A stretch of DNA of 64,000 nt from Spirochaetales bacterium (GCA_016928955.1 JAFGJV010000039.1:43744-107743); one strand, 5' to 3'; shown: positions 10,007 through 20,038, counted from the first letter of the stretch. Notes: a model not told the origin generated them from the letters alone. Numbers and translations: made by a program.

Positions 10007-11278
10007 TCAGTCCAGAAAGAACGCCTTGCCTATGTCCGGCCTGAACCAGGCGCCCTCAAAGCGCACCTTGCGGGCGGCCTCCATGGCATGGGTATGGGCC
10101 TCAAAGTAATCCGCGCCCAGCCCCACCACGGTAAAGCAGCGGCCGCCGCCGGTGACCAGCTTCCGGCCCTTGGACCTGGCCGTGCCCGCGTGGAAGACCA
10201 GGGCGTTGTGGTCCGATGGGGGTAGCTCGTCAACGGGTATGCCCTTGGCGTAGGCCCCCGGGTAGCCCCCTGACGCCACCGTGACGCCCACGGCCGCCTG
10301 GTCGCGCAAGCGAGCTTCCATGCCGGCCACCGATCCGGCCGCCGCGGCTTCAAGCATGTCCAGAGGATCTGTGGCAAGCAGGGGAAACAGCGACTGGGTT
10401 TCCGGGTCGCCCCATCGCACGTTGTATTCAAGGAGCTTGGGTCCCGACTGCGTCACCATGATGCCAAAGAACAGGACGCCGCGGTAGCCCAGGCCTTCCT
10501 TGGCCATCATCTTGAAGGTGGGAGCCACGATGTGCTTATCCACCATGGCCATCAGCGCCTTGTCCGCCGAGGGTACCGGGCAGATGGCTCCCATACCGCC
10601 GGTATTGGGACCCAGGTTGCCGGCCAGAGCCTTCTTGTGGTCGGCGCAGGGCGGAAGGATGGCGTAGTCCGTGCCGTCTGTCAGCGCAAATACGGACAGC
10701 TCGTAGCCGGACAGGTACTCCTCGACCAGGAGTTCGTCGTCGGCCAGCACCTGCGCCGCGAACGACGCGAGCTCGGACCGGTCGGCCGACTCGAACACGC
10801 CCTTGCCGGCGGCCAGGCCGCTCTTTTTCAGCACCAGGGTGCCCGACGCCCAAGCCGAGCGCCCGCCCCGGTGTGAACCAAGCCAGCGCTCGAAATCCGG
10901 CAGGGTCTTGAAACGTTCCGTACGGGCGCAGGGCACGCCGGCCTTGTCTGCCAGGGCCCGCCCGAAAGACTTGCTGGATTCCAGCATGGCGGCGCTTGCG
11001 CCCGGTCCGAACACCTTGGCGCCCTCCGCGCGCAGGGCGTCCGCGACACCGGCCGCCAGGGGAGCTTCTGGCCCCACGACCACCAGGTCGGCGCCCGACG
11101 ACTTCCAGGCCTTGATGACGGTGGCCGGGTCTGCGGGGTCTCCGGGAAGGTTCAGGGCCAGGTCCTCGGTACCCGCGTTGCCCGGGAGGCAGAACAGCCC
11201 CGCGTTCCGTTTGCTGCGCTCAATGGCCCAGGCAAGCGCGTGCTCGCGGGCGCCCGAACCGAGTATCAACACTTTCAT
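10007..11278 (-). CDS. purD: Phosphoribosylamine-glycine ligase
   Basis: GSGAREHALAW, VGPEAPL, GLAAGKGV, NTGGMGA, EYNVRWGDPE. Confidence 0.95.
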   Translation of the reverse strand: MKVLILGSGAREHALAWAIERSKRNAGLFCLPGNAGTEDLALNLPGDPADPATVIKAWKSSGADLVVVGPEAPLAAGVADALRAEGAKVFGPGASAAMLESSKSFGRALADKAGVPCARTERFKTLPDFERWLGSHRGGRSAWASGTLVLKKSGLAAGKGVFESADRSELASFAAQVLADDELLVEEYLSGYELSVFALTDGTDYAILPPCADHKKALAGNLGPNTGGMGAICPVPSADKALMAMVDKHIVAPTFKMMAKEGLGYRGVLFFGIMVTQSGPKLLEYNVRWGDPETQSLFPLLATDPLDMLEAAAAGSVAGMEARLRDQAAVGVTVASGGYPGAYAKGIPVDELPPSDHNALVFHAGTARSKGRKLVTGGGRCFTVVGLGADYFEAHTHAMEAARKVRFEGAWFRPDIGKAFFLD

Positions 11279-11428
11279 CGCCGTTGCCGCCTTGGGGACG
11301 CCCCGCTGTGGAGGACGCCGGAAAGGGATGCATGGATACTAGCGCGAACGCGGGGCGCGCGTCCATGCCGCCCGGATCGTGAACCGCCGGAAAGCGCCTG
11401 TCCCAGGAGCGTCGCCTTAGCGTTTGGA

Positions 11429-11462
11429 GGAACCACTAAAAACTTCAGTTTTTAGAGGCTCC
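11429..11462. repeat. Short palindromic repeat (REP/MITE-like), type A
   Basis: GGAACCACTAAAAACTTCAGTTTTTAGAGGCTCC; supplies the last codons and TGA of the 11445..12038 gene. Confidence 0.7.
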
Positions 11463-12038
11463 CTTTATGGTGAAGGTCTTCCTGAGCAGAGCTGCCAGCT
11501 CCTTGAGCCTGGGATCGGCCAGGCCGGAAAAGGGCAGGTCCTGGAACACGTCGGAGCGCTCGGCCAGGAACCAGCGGTACAGCCGGGCGCCGGCCTGGGC
11601 CGCCGAGTCCGTGCCCTGAACCAGCCTGACCATGGACTTCATCTCGTCCGCGTTGAACATTTTCCATTTGCCGGCGTACACCACGTGGTAGGTGCCGCCG
11701 TCCTCGCTGGCCTGTATGCTGAAGGCGTTGACCGCACGGCCTTCCGCCACGGCTTTTGCGCCGGCTGCCCGCCTGGTGCGCTCGGAACTGCGCTCCAGCG
11801 CCTGGGCTTCCTCTTCAAGCGCCGCTATTTTCATATTGTACAGGTGTACGCGCGCCTGCTCGATGAGGAACGCCAGGCCCTCCTCGTCCAGCTCCGGGAT
11901 GAGCCCGGTCAGTTCTTTTGCCAGGGCGCTCCGGCCAGCAGACGCCGCCTTGGCCTTTTTGCCGGCTGAGCCTTTGCCGCCCGCCGCTGTTTTCTTGGCC
12001 GGCGTTTTTTTGGTAGCTGCGGTTTTTTCCTTGGCCAT
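11445..12038 (-). CDS. Hypothetical protein with Lys/Ala-rich N-terminus
   Basis: AGGAGGG RBS; AATKKTPAKKTAA N-terminus; lies between purN and purD. Confidence 0.7.
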   Translation of the reverse strand: MAKEKTAATKKTPAKKTAAGGKGSAGKKAKAASAGRSALAKELTGLIPELDEEGLAFLIEQARVHLYNMKIAALEEEAQALERSSERTRRAAGAKAVAEGRAVNAFSIQASEDGGTYHVVYAGKWKMFNADEMKSMVRLVQGTDSAAQAGARLYRWFLAERSDVFQDLPFSGLADPRLKELAALLRKTFTIKGASKN

Positions 12039-12104
12039 GTTCCCTCCTGCCCGATTGGCTCCCCGGGGGAGCCTCCAAGAACCATGGGGTATTCAGATGC
12101 CTTC

Positions 12105-12662
12105 TTAGTCTACCTCGTCCAGGAGCTCGACGACCAGCCGGGCGTACAAGCGGTGCTCGGCCTGATGGATGAGGCTCTCGGTTTCCGCCAGGGTGGCCGC
12201 GCGCCCGACCCGTTCCTGGCCGAGCACGGGACCCGTATCCATGCCCTCGTCCACCTGGTGCACGGTCACGCCCAGCACAGGGTCGCCGGCTTCATAGGCG
12301 CGGCGGATGGAATCCACACCGGCCCAGGCCGGCAGGAGCGACGGATGCACGTTCAGGATGCGTCCGCGCCAACGCTCTATGACCGGCCGGCCAAGCAGAC
12401 GCATGAAACCCGCCAGGGCCACCAGGTCAGCTCCCGCGTCCTCCAAGGCGGCCATGATGTCGGCTTCCGCCTGTGCCCTGGGGCGGCCGCCATACTGTAT
12501 CAGCCGGGCCGGCACCCCAAGGCGCTCCGCCCGCTCCAGGCAATAGGCTCCCGGTTTGTCGCATATCAGGAGGACCGCCTGGTGACCGGCGTCGCGCGCC
12601 GCCCGGACCAGCGCCGCAAAATTGCTTCCGTTGCCGCTGGCCAGCACGGCGAGCCTAGCCAC
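12105..12662 (-). CDS. purN: Phosphoribosylglycinamide formyltransferase
   Basis: LASGNGSNF, LAGFMRLL, NVHPSLLP, GVTVH...MDTGP. Confidence 0.95.
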   Translation of the reverse strand: MARLAVLASGNGSNFAALVRAARDAGHQAVLLICDKPGAYCLERAERLGVPARLIQYGGRPRAQAEADIMAALEDAGADLVALAGFMRLLGRPVIERWRGRILNVHPSLLPAWAGVDSIRRAYEAGDPVLGVTVHQVDEGMDTGPVLGQERVGRAATLAETESLIHQAEHRLYARLVVELLDEVD

Positions 12663-13617
12663 GGACCAGGCGCCCCATCCTGAAGGCCTCTATGCCCTTG
12701 TCCGCCGCGTGGTGCAAGAGCTGGTCCGCGTCCTTGGCCCTGACGACCATGGCCACGCCGACACCCAGGTTGAACACCCGCCGCATCTCGTCCTCCGGCA
12801 CCTGGCCGCCGCGCTGTATGGCGTCGAACACCGGCGGCCTGGGCCAGGACCAGGAGAAGTCGCCAACCAGCCCTTTGGGAACCACGCGCTCAAAGTTGCC
12901 AACCAAGCCCGACCCGGTAATGTGGGCGGCTCCAAGCACGGCGCCCGTGGATATGAGTTCCGCAAGCTCCCTGACGTATATGCGCGTGGGCTCGAGCAGC
13001 AGCTCCCAGGTCTTGTCGTCGCCTTCTGACACGCACTTGCGGGCAAGGGAGTATCCGTTTGAGTGCACGCCGCTGGACGGCAGGCCTATGATCTGGTCGC
13101 CCTCGGCCATGTCCGCAAGCCTGGGCAGGGCGTTGCCACGCTCCACCACACCGGCGCAGAACCCGGCCAGGTCAATATCGTCCGGACCGTACACGTCGGG
13201 CATCTCCGCGGTCTCGCCGCCTGTCAGCAGGCAGTCGGCCTGTTCGCAGCCCCTGACCACTCCCCGGATAACGTCGTGGAGTTTGGCCTCGTCTATGCGG
13301 CCGCAGGCTATGTAGTCCAGAAAGGACAGCGGCTTGCACCCGCACACGGCCAGGTCGTTGACGTTCATGGCCACCAGGTCTATGCCGATGGTATCCCAGC
13401 GGCCCAGGCGCTTGGCCACCAGCAACTTGGTGCCCACGCCGTCAGTGGTCGTCATCAGGACGGGCTCCTTCATGCCGAGCATGGCCGACAACGGCACACC
13501 CCCGGCAAAGCCGCCTATGCCGCGGTCCACGGCCCCAGAGGCGATGCCCTTGATGAAGTCCGCAAACTCGTCGCCCTTTTCCATGTCCACGCCCGCGGCG
13601 CGATAGTCCAGTGCCAT
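12655..13617 (-). CDS. purM: Phosphoribosylformylglycinamidine cyclo-ligase
   Basis: YRAAGVD, TDGVGTK, GGETAEMP, SSGVHSNG, HITGSG. Confidence 0.95.
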   Translation of the reverse strand: MALDYRAAGVDMEKGDEFADFIKGIASGAVDRGIGGFAGGVPLSAMLGMKEPVLMTTTDGVGTKLLVAKRLGRWDTIGIDLVAMNVNDLAVCGCKPLSFLDYIACGRIDEAKLHDVIRGVVRGCEQADCLLTGGETAEMPDVYGPDDIDLAGFCAGVVERGNALPRLADMAEGDQIIGLPSSGVHSNGYSLARKCVSEGDDKTWELLLEPTRIYVRELAELISTGAVLGAAHITGSGLVGNFERVVPKGLVGDFSWSWPRPPVFDAIQRGGQVPEDEMRRVFNLGVGVAMVVRAKDADQLLHHAADKGIEAFRMGRLVRG

Positions 13618-13640
13618 GTCCGGCCTCCAGTTCTGGTTTG

Positions 13641-15068
13641 TTACGGCGCGTCCCCGGCGTGGCGCACGGGGCAAGGATAGTTTCCGTCAAAGCAGGCGCT
13701 GCAGAATTCCCCGCTCTCCGCGCCGAGGGCCTGCCGCATGCCGTCCACGGTGAGAAAGCGAACGCTGTCCGCGCCTATGTGGGCGGCTATCCCGTCCGCA
13801 TCCAGGCGGTTGGATATGAGCTCGTCGCGCGTGGGTATGTCGATGCCGTAGTAGCACGGCCATTTGAGCTCGGGGCTGGACAGTCTGAGGTGGACCTCCC
13901 GGGCGCCAGCTTCGCGCAGGAGCCTCACGATGATGCCGCTGGTTGTGCCCCGGACCAGGGAGTCGTCCACAATCACCACGCTTTTCCCGGCCACCACGTC
14001 TTCCACTGCGTGGAGCTTCATGCGCACGGCCAGTTCGCGCTCTCCCTTGGTGGGCAGGATGAAAGAACGCCCGGCGTAGTGGTTGCGCGTCAGGCCGAAG
14101 GCAAAGGGCCTGCCCGACACCTCCGCGTAGCCCATGGCCGCCAGCGTGCCCGAATCGGGCACCGGCACCACCACGTCCGGCGTGATGGTGTCGGCCGCCG
14201 CAAGGGCCGCCCCCAGGGCACGGCGCGACGCGTGCACGGAACGGCCAAACACCCAGGAATCCGGGCGGGCAAAGTAGATGGGCTCAAAAATGCATCGCGC
14301 CCTGCGAGGCCGCGGATCCAAAAAAAAGGAGCGCGTTCCGTCGTCGTCGACGATGACGCACTCCCCGGGGGCTATTTCCCTCCAGTCCATGGGACCCAAG
14401 GCCCGCAGGGCGCAGGTCTCGCTGGCCACGTAGCTGACCCCGCCCTCCTCAGCCAGGTGCAGGGGCCTGAAACCCATGGGATCCCTGACCGCCACCATGG
14501 CGCCGTCCCAGATAAGGCAGAGGCTGTACGCGCCTTCCACGCCGGCAAGGGCCTCCCTGAGGACGCTTTCCTTGTCGCGCATTTTTGAGCGGGCTATGCG
14601 GTGCAGGATGATCTCTGAGTCGCTGGTCGTCTGGAAAATCGACCCGTCCGCCACCAGGCGGGCCCGGAGCTCGGCGCCGTTGGACAGGTTGCCGTTGTGG
14701 GCCAGGGCTATCCGGCCCTGGCTGCAGGATACGGCCAGGGGCTGGGCGTTTGCCAGGCCGCCCCCGCCCTGGGTGGCGTAGCGCACATGCCCGATGCCGG
14801 CCTTGGCGCTCACCGAGCCAGACAGCCAGTCGTCGGCCGCTCCGGCCACCATGCCCAGGCGCCTGTCCGAGCGCAGGCCGGTTTCGTCGCCCCAGGCCAC
14901 GCCGCACGCTTCCTGCCCCCGGTGCTGCTGGGCGAACAGCATGTAGAAGAGGGGCCTCTGAACGTCCATTGCCTGGGGGGCGCGTATCCCGGCCACGCCG
15001 CAATGGTGGCCAAGTCGCCAGTTAGGGATGTCTCGGGTGTCGTGGGGTTTCACGGCTGTTTGTAGCAT
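13641..15068 (-). CDS. purF: Amidophosphoribosyltransferase (Fe-S type, with propeptide)
   Basis: Catalytic CGV after a ~22-aa propeptide, QHRGQE, GHVRY, VDDSLVRGTTS; Fe-S Cys in CIFE, PCYYG, CSAC; exact start uncertain. Confidence 0.93.
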   Translation of the reverse strand: MLQTAVKPHDTRDIPNWRLGHHCGVAGIRAPQAMDVQRPLFYMLFAQQHRGQEACGVAWGDETGLRSDRRLGMVAGAADDWLSGSVSAKAGIGHVRYATQGGGGLANAQPLAVSCSQGRIALAHNGNLSNGAELRARLVADGSIFQTTSDSEIILHRIARSKMRDKESVLREALAGVEGAYSLCLIWDGAMVAVRDPMGFRPLHLAEEGGVSYVASETCALRALGPMDWREIAPGECVIVDDDGTRSFFLDPRPRRARCIFEPIYFARPDSWVFGRSVHASRRALGAALAAADTITPDVVVPVPDSGTLAAMGYAEVSGRPFAFGLTRNHYAGRSFILPTKGERELAVRMKLHAVEDVVAGKSVVIVDDSLVRGTTSGIIVRLLREAGAREVHLRLSSPELKWPCYYGIDIPTRDELISNRLDADGIAAHIGADSVRFLTVDGMRQALGAESGEFCSACFDGNYPCPVRHAGDAP

Positions 15069-15172
15069 GCGCGACGGGGGCAGTCAAGCCGAGTCGTCCT
15101 GACTAAAACGTTTTAGGAGCGAACGCCGCGGCAAAAAAATGACGGATTTGGGCGGTCCGGAGGGAACGCCGC

Positions 15173-16825
15173 TCAGGCCGACGGCAGGTCTTCCTCAAAA
15201 TCGGTGGATGGATACCCGGCAACGGGGACCTCGGCCGGCACGGGCTCCTGGGCCGTCTCCGCCACTTTTTTGACGTAGGTGAAATTCTTCATGATCCTGA
15301 CAAAGGTGTCTATGCGACGCCTGCCGTCGGTCAGCTGGTTGATTATTTCGCGGTTGCGCACCCCGCCCAGGCTACGTATGTTCGTGATGAGCTCGGGGCT
15401 GGATTTGCGGTAATCTGCCAGGAGCTCGCCCAGTGAATCGCCCAGCATCTGGAACAAGCCGGCCTCGTCCTCGCATATTTCCTTGGCCCGGTAGTTGATC
15501 TCGTCCACCACCTTGGTAAGGAAGGACATGATGTCCTTGCCGTGGCGCATTTCGTCAACGTAGCGCTTGACCGACGCTATGCTGACCCTGCCGCCGCTCC
15601 TCAGGGACTCCTCAAAGGCCGTTATCCTGCCGGACGTGCGGTCGCACTGGTACAGGATGTTGGCCAGGTTGTTCTGGTAGGTCTTGTTCTCGAAGTACCC
15701 TTCCACCAGCACCTTTTTGACCGTTTCCTTTATCTGCTGCTCGAAGATGCCCACGGCAAAAGTCTTCATGATGGAGAGGGCCTTGATATGCGTAAAGCCG
15801 CTGGGACATTCCTGCCTGAGGAAGGAGTCATTGTCCTCGTTGTACTCGTCCACGGCCGCCACGTCCACCGTTCCGAAAAGCTCCTGGATATCCTTGGCCA
15901 CGGCGTTCTCGTGCCGTTCCCGCTGGAGGCGCTCCCTGTCCTTCTCGAATTGGGTGGTAAGGCGGCGGCGGTAGTTCTCCACATAGTTCACGCGCTCGCG
16001 CCTGAGATCCGGCTGGAACAGGGGGTCGCGCTTGCACAGGCGTATCACGGCCAGCAGGTTGTCCTCGGACAGCCGGTAGCGGAGTATCTTGTTCAACGTG
16101 GAAAAGATTTTTTCCATCTTTGGGCGCTGGCCCCTGGCGGCGTTCGGCGCGTGCTTTTCGAAAACGCGCATGACCTTGCCGAGCAGGGCGTCGGAAAACC
16201 AGAAATCCTGGGTCAGGTAGTAGGCGTCCACCAACTCGGGAAAAATGAGCTCACCGTCCGCAGGCTGGAAATCGGCGCGGTACCGGGCGTCGTCCAGGCT
16301 GACCCCCGGATCGAAAAACCCCAGCATGCGCTCCCAGTCATGCCGGCAGATTTCGATAAAGCGGCTGACCTCGGCCAGCTCCTTGTTGAGAGGACCGGCC
16401 CCCAGCTCGTCAACCATGCCGAGGAAACGCTGGAAATCCCGGCCCAGGTGGTCCAGTTCCTCGTCGCCCTTGACCGCGTTCTCCACCCGGGACTTCATGC
16501 CGTCGTACACAAAGAACAGCTTGCGCTCCAGCTCGGCCGGCGGAAGTTCGCTCTCCACCAGGAAGTCGAAAAACCTACGCGACACCCGGATGTCCGGATG
16601 GGACAGCGTGCGGTCCGACAGGTCCATAAGGGGTTTGAGAGCGCGGCAGAATAGGTAGAGGTCCTGGGCAAAGCCCTGCATCACCAGGTTGTTCTTGAAA
16701 CGGTAATAAGGGGGCTTGAGGCGGGCTATGGGCGCGTACAGCCTCTTGAGCTCGCCCTTGGCGCTCGAGTCCTCGACCCCGAAGAGCTTCCTGAAGAATT
16801 CAACAATTGACGCCATGATTCCCAT
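15173..16825 (-). CDS. Spirochaetal conserved helical protein (DUF5312-like)
   Basis: 550-aa helical ORF with host-like codon usage; family recognised tentatively. Confidence 0.6.
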   Translation of the reverse strand: MGIMASIVEFFRKLFGVEDSSAKGELKRLYAPIARLKPPYYRFKNNLVMQGFAQDLYLFCRALKPLMDLSDRTLSHPDIRVSRRFFDFLVESELPPAELERKLFFVYDGMKSRVENAVKGDEELDHLGRDFQRFLGMVDELGAGPLNKELAEVSRFIEICRHDWERMLGFFDPGVSLDDARYRADFQPADGELIFPELVDAYYLTQDFWFSDALLGKVMRVFEKHAPNAARGQRPKMEKIFSTLNKILRYRLSEDNLLAVIRLCKRDPLFQPDLRRERVNYVENYRRRLTTQFEKDRERLQRERHENAVAKDIQELFGTVDVAAVDEYNEDNDSFLRQECPSGFTHIKALSIMKTFAVGIFEQQIKETVKKVLVEGYFENKTYQNNLANILYQCDRTSGRITAFEESLRSGGRVSIASVKRYVDEMRHGKDIMSFLTKVVDEINYRAKEICEDEAGLFQMLGDSLGELLADYRKSSPELITNIRSLGGVRNREIINQLTDGRRRIDTFVRIMKNFTYVKKVAETAQEPVPAEVPVAGYPSTDFEEDLPSA

Positions 16826-16878
16826 GATGAGGCTATTGTACGGCAGGGTTGCCTAAAGCGGCAAGCACGGGCGGAAGG

Positions 16879-17355
16879 TCATGCCTCGGCCGTCTGGCCG
16901 GGCCTGTAGAACAGTTCCGTCTCCATGTAGCTTGAGTCTTCCGGAATGTCGGGATTGGACGGGCTGAGGAGCGACGCGTGGGCGTACAGCGGCGCGCCCA
17001 GCGCCAGGGCCAGGGCTATGGCGTCCGACGGCCGCACGTCCATGACCTTGCGCCGGAAACCCTTGCCGTACACGATGCGGGCAAGGAAGCCGTCCTCCTC
17101 AAAACCGTACACGCCGTATATTTCCACGCGGACCAGTTCCAGGCCCTGGTCGCGGAAAATACGCGCGAGCAACTGGTGGGTGAGCGGCCGGGGCGTGGAC
17201 AGGCCCTCGATCTGCATGATGATGGCTCCGGCCTCGTACGCGCCGACGCTGACAGACACCCGCCCTCCGTCGCCGGAAAGGACAACGACCGGCATTGAAT
17301 CTTCCGATGGCAAGGCGACGCCGCTGACTCGTACGGGAAGCATCTCTTCCTTCAT
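16879..17355 (-). CDS. Bifunctional nuclease domain protein (DUF151)
   Basis: VGAYEAGAI, PRPLTHQL, DVRPSDAIALAL. Confidence 0.88.
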   Translation of the reverse strand: MKEEMLPVRVSGVALPSEDSMPVVVLSGDGGRVSVSVGAYEAGAIIMQIEGLSTPRPLTHQLLARIFRDQGLELVRVEIYGVYGFEEDGFLARIVYGKGFRRKVMDVRPSDAIALALALGAPLYAHASLLSPSNPDIPEDSSYMETELFYRPGQTAEA

Positions 17356-17416
17356 ATATACCTAGTATAGCGACCCGCCGGCAAAAATCACGTTTTTGGC
17401 TGAGCAAGCGCTTCTA

Positions 17417-17445
17417 TTGACGCCCGTATGGGCCAGAACTAGACT
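17417..17445 (+). promoter_or_regulatory. Putative sigma70 promoter of cheR-cheB
   Basis: TTGACG-17nt-TAGACT. Confidence 0.55.
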
Positions 17446-17480
17446 TTTCCGCAGCATCAAAAGCACGGAAAGGCGGGGAC

Positions 17481-18290
17481 ATGGCGGATTTCCTGTCCGA
17501 CAGCGATTTTGAGCTGTATCGCAAGCTCATATACGACGAGAGCGGCATCCACTTTTCGTCCACCAACCGCTCTATCCTGGAGAGCAGGCTCAGGGAACGC
17601 CTCCGGGAGAAGAAGCTGGACACCCCGGGAGACTATTACGTCATCCTGATCAGGGACAAGGAAGAGCTCAAGGTTCTTCTGGACTCCGTTACCACCAACC
17701 TTACGCGCTTTTTCCGCAACCAGGCCCACTTTGACGCCCTTGAGCATTTTGTGATTCCCGAACTGCTTAAGATCCGCGCCCAGGAGCGCAAGCTCAGGGT
17801 CTGGAGCGCCGGTTGCTCCACGGGCGAGGAACCGTATACCATAGCGATGTTGCTCAGCCACATCCTGCCCGCCGGGTGGTCCTACGAGGTGACGGCCAGC
17901 GACATAAGCCTCAAGTCCCTGATGGTCGGCAAGGAAGGCTTTTACGCCGACACAAGAATCCAGGGAGTCCCTGACGACTACCTGGCCAAGTACTTTGAAA
18001 AGCGCCAGGGCGGGTACCAGATCCTGGATGACGTGAAAAAGAACATCCGCTTTGACTACCATAACCTGAGGAACGACTCGGGCCAGCGCGGGCTGGACGT
18101 GGTATTCTGCCGGAACGTGCTGATCTATTTTGACGAAGCCGCCCAGAAAGCCACCATAGAACGTTTCTGGGAAGCCATGGGCCCTAAGTCGTTCCTGTTT
18201 ATCGGGCATTCCGAGTCCCTGTTCGGCATGAACACCAAATTCGAGTTCGTGAAAACCGACTGGGCCTGCTTCTACAAAAAATCGCTGTAG
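17481..18290 (+). CDS. cheR: Chemotaxis methyltransferase
   Basis: TTNLTRFFR, WSAGCSTGEEPY, FCRNVLIYF, IGHSES. Confidence 0.95.
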   Translation: MADFLSDSDFELYRKLIYDESGIHFSSTNRSILESRLRERLREKKLDTPGDYYVILIRDKEELKVLLDSVTTNLTRFFRNQAHFDALEHFVIPELLKIRAQERKLRVWSAGCSTGEEPYTIAMLLSHILPAGWSYEVTASDISLKSLMVGKEGFYADTRIQGVPDDYLAKYFEKRQGGYQILDDVKKNIRFDYHNLRNDSGQRGLDVVFCRNVLIYFDEAAQKATIERFWEAMGPKSFLFIGHSESLFGMNTKFEFVKTDWACFYKKSL

Positions 18291-18365
18291 GAAGCACACA
18301 ACCGCGCCCTGTGGGCGGATATATACAAACCGCCCGACAAAACGGGCGACCGAGTGAGGATAACC

Positions 18366-19490
18366 GTGGCCGATCCAATTTCCGTCCTCGTTGTGGACGA
18401 CTCAGCCCTCATGCGCAACCTAGTGTCGCGCATAGTCGAGTCCACGCCGGGACTCACCGTAGCCGACCGCGCCATGAACGGAGTGTTTGCCCTCCAGAAG
18501 ATCCCGCGCTGCAATCCGGACGTCATAGTCCTGGACATAGAGATGCCCCAGATGAACGGCATCGAGTTCCTCAAGGAACGCAAGAAGCTTGGCATAGACA
18601 TCCCGGTGGTCATCCTGTCCAGCGTGGCCAAGCGCGGCGCGCAGATCACCATGGAAGCCCTGGCCCTTGGCGCGGCGGACTTCATTACCAAGCCTTCCGG
18701 GTCAGTGTCGTCGGACATACACACGGTGGCGGGCGACCTGGCCCGGCTCCTGGTTGCCTACGGGTCGCAGTACCGCAAGGTCAAGGGCAAGGAGCCGCCG
18801 CACTACAACTTTGAGGCGCCCGAACAGCTGTTCGATGTTCCCCTGCCGGACGCCCGCCCCCGGCCGGCCGCGCCCACAAGGGAAAAGCCCGTCCGACGCC
18901 GCGACGCCGGCCCCACCGAGCTCATAGCCATAGGCATTTCAACCGGCGGGCCAAACGCCCTCCGGGACGTGTTTTCCAACATCGATCCGGGACTTGCCCA
19001 GCCCGTGGTGGTTGTCCAGCACATGCCGGCAGGCTTCACGGAAGAATTCGCGTCAAGCCTGGACCGCATCTGCCCCCTGGACGTCAAGGAAGCGGCGGAG
19101 GGAGACATACTCAGGCCCGGGCGCGTTCTCATAGCGCCGGGCGACTGGCACATAACCGTGGAAAAACGCGCCTTGGCCGGCGTGGTGCATCTTTCCCAGG
19201 ATCCCACGGAAAACGGTCACCGGCCCAGCGCCGACGTCCTGTTCCGCAGTGTGGCCAGCGAGTACGGCAACCGCTCCATGGCGGTCATCATGACAGGCAT
19301 GGGCAAGGACGGCGCCCGGGAAATGGGAACCATATTCAGGGAAGGCGGCATCACATTGGGACAGGACGAGGCCAGCAGCGTGGTGTACGGCATGCCCAAG
19401 GTAGCCTTCGAGCTTGGCCACGTGATGGAGCAGGTGCCCCTGTCCCTGATGGCCAGACGCATCAGTGAGCTGGCGGCAGAGCGGCGCTAG
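18366..19490 (+). CDS. cheB: Chemotaxis response regulator / methylesterase
   Basis: REC domain (VVDDS, LDIEMP, KP) plus GISTGGP, QHMP, MTGMGKDG; GTG start after GAGG. Confidence 0.95.
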   Translation: MADPISVLVVDDSALMRNLVSRIVESTPGLTVADRAMNGVFALQKIPRCNPDVIVLDIEMPQMNGIEFLKERKKLGIDIPVVILSSVAKRGAQITMEALALGAADFITKPSGSVSSDIHTVAGDLARLLVAYGSQYRKVKGKEPPHYNFEAPEQLFDVPLPDARPRPAAPTREKPVRRRDAGPTELIAIGISTGGPNALRDVFSNIDPGLAQPVVVVQHMPAGFTEEFASSLDRICPLDVKEAAEGDILRPGRVLIAPGDWHITVEKRALAGVVHLSQDPTENGHRPSADVLFRSVASEYGNRSMAVIMTGMGKDGAREMGTIFREGGITLGQDEASSVVYGMPKVAFELGHVMEQVPLSLMARRISELAAERR

Positions 19491-19505
19491 GACGACGCCT
19501 TAAGC

Positions 19506-19535
19506 TTGCCTACCGGTCACGATAATCATTATCTT
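19506..19535 (+). promoter_or_regulatory. Putative promoter overlapped by a Fur-box-like palindrome
   Basis: TTGCCT-18nt-TATCTT; perfect inverted repeat GATAATCATTATC at 19521-19533. Confidence 0.65.
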
Positions 19536-19631
19536 ATTAATCATAAATGACGCTGGCTCGCCGTTTTTTTTCGTAAGCCGGCGCTGGGGTCGGAGCAAGC
19601 CCGATCTTGAGCCGAGCCCGAGGAGGAACGT

Positions 19632-19763
19632 ATGCATATTGTCGTGGATGACGAACGTGAACAGGATGAGTACAAAACCCTGCCGCCCTGCGACAAGCCC
19701 CACGTATCGGAAACCCACCGGACGGAGGACAAGGACGACGCCTGCGACGACGGGATAGGTTGA
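19632..19763 (+). CDS. 43-aa acidic Cys/His small protein (below ORF-track cutoff)
   Basis: AGGAGG 5 nt before ATG; MHIVVDDEREQDEYKTLPPCDKPHVSETHRTEDKDDACDDGIG*; GC-rich third positions. Confidence 0.7.
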   Translation: MHIVVDDEREQDEYKTLPPCDKPHVSETHRTEDKDDACDDGIG

Positions 19764-19810
19764 GCAGAGGGGCGACCGGGCCGGAACACGCCGGCCGCCC
19801 GTGCGGACGC

Positions 19811-20038
19811 TCAGCCCTGAACCACTTCCTTGACGCCCGGCACGACCTTTTTGAGGTAGGCCTCAACGCCCTGCTTGAGGGTCATGATGGCCATGGGGCA
19901 GGAACCGCAGGCGCCTGTCAGGCGCACGGTTACCGTACCCGTGTCGGCCACCGACACCAGCTCTATATCGCCCCCATCCGCCTGGAGGGAAGGGCGCACG
20001 TCCTGTATGGCCCTGCGAACGCTTTCCTGGTCTACCAT
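19811..20038 (-). CDS. NifU C-terminal (Nfu) Fe-S carrier protein
   Basis: [14 protein letters not shown] and LTGACGSCP; GAGGAG RBS. Confidence 0.92.
   Translation of the reverse strand: MVDQESVRRAIQDVRPSLQADGGDIELVSVADTGTVTVRLTGACGSCPMAIMTLKQGVEAYLKKVVPGVKEVVQG

Noticed and set aside
15103-15116. Palindrome CTAAAACGTTTTAG upstream of purF as a PurR-type operator or repeat remnant
   Set aside because: Only 14 bp; cannot distinguish operator, repeat remnant or chance
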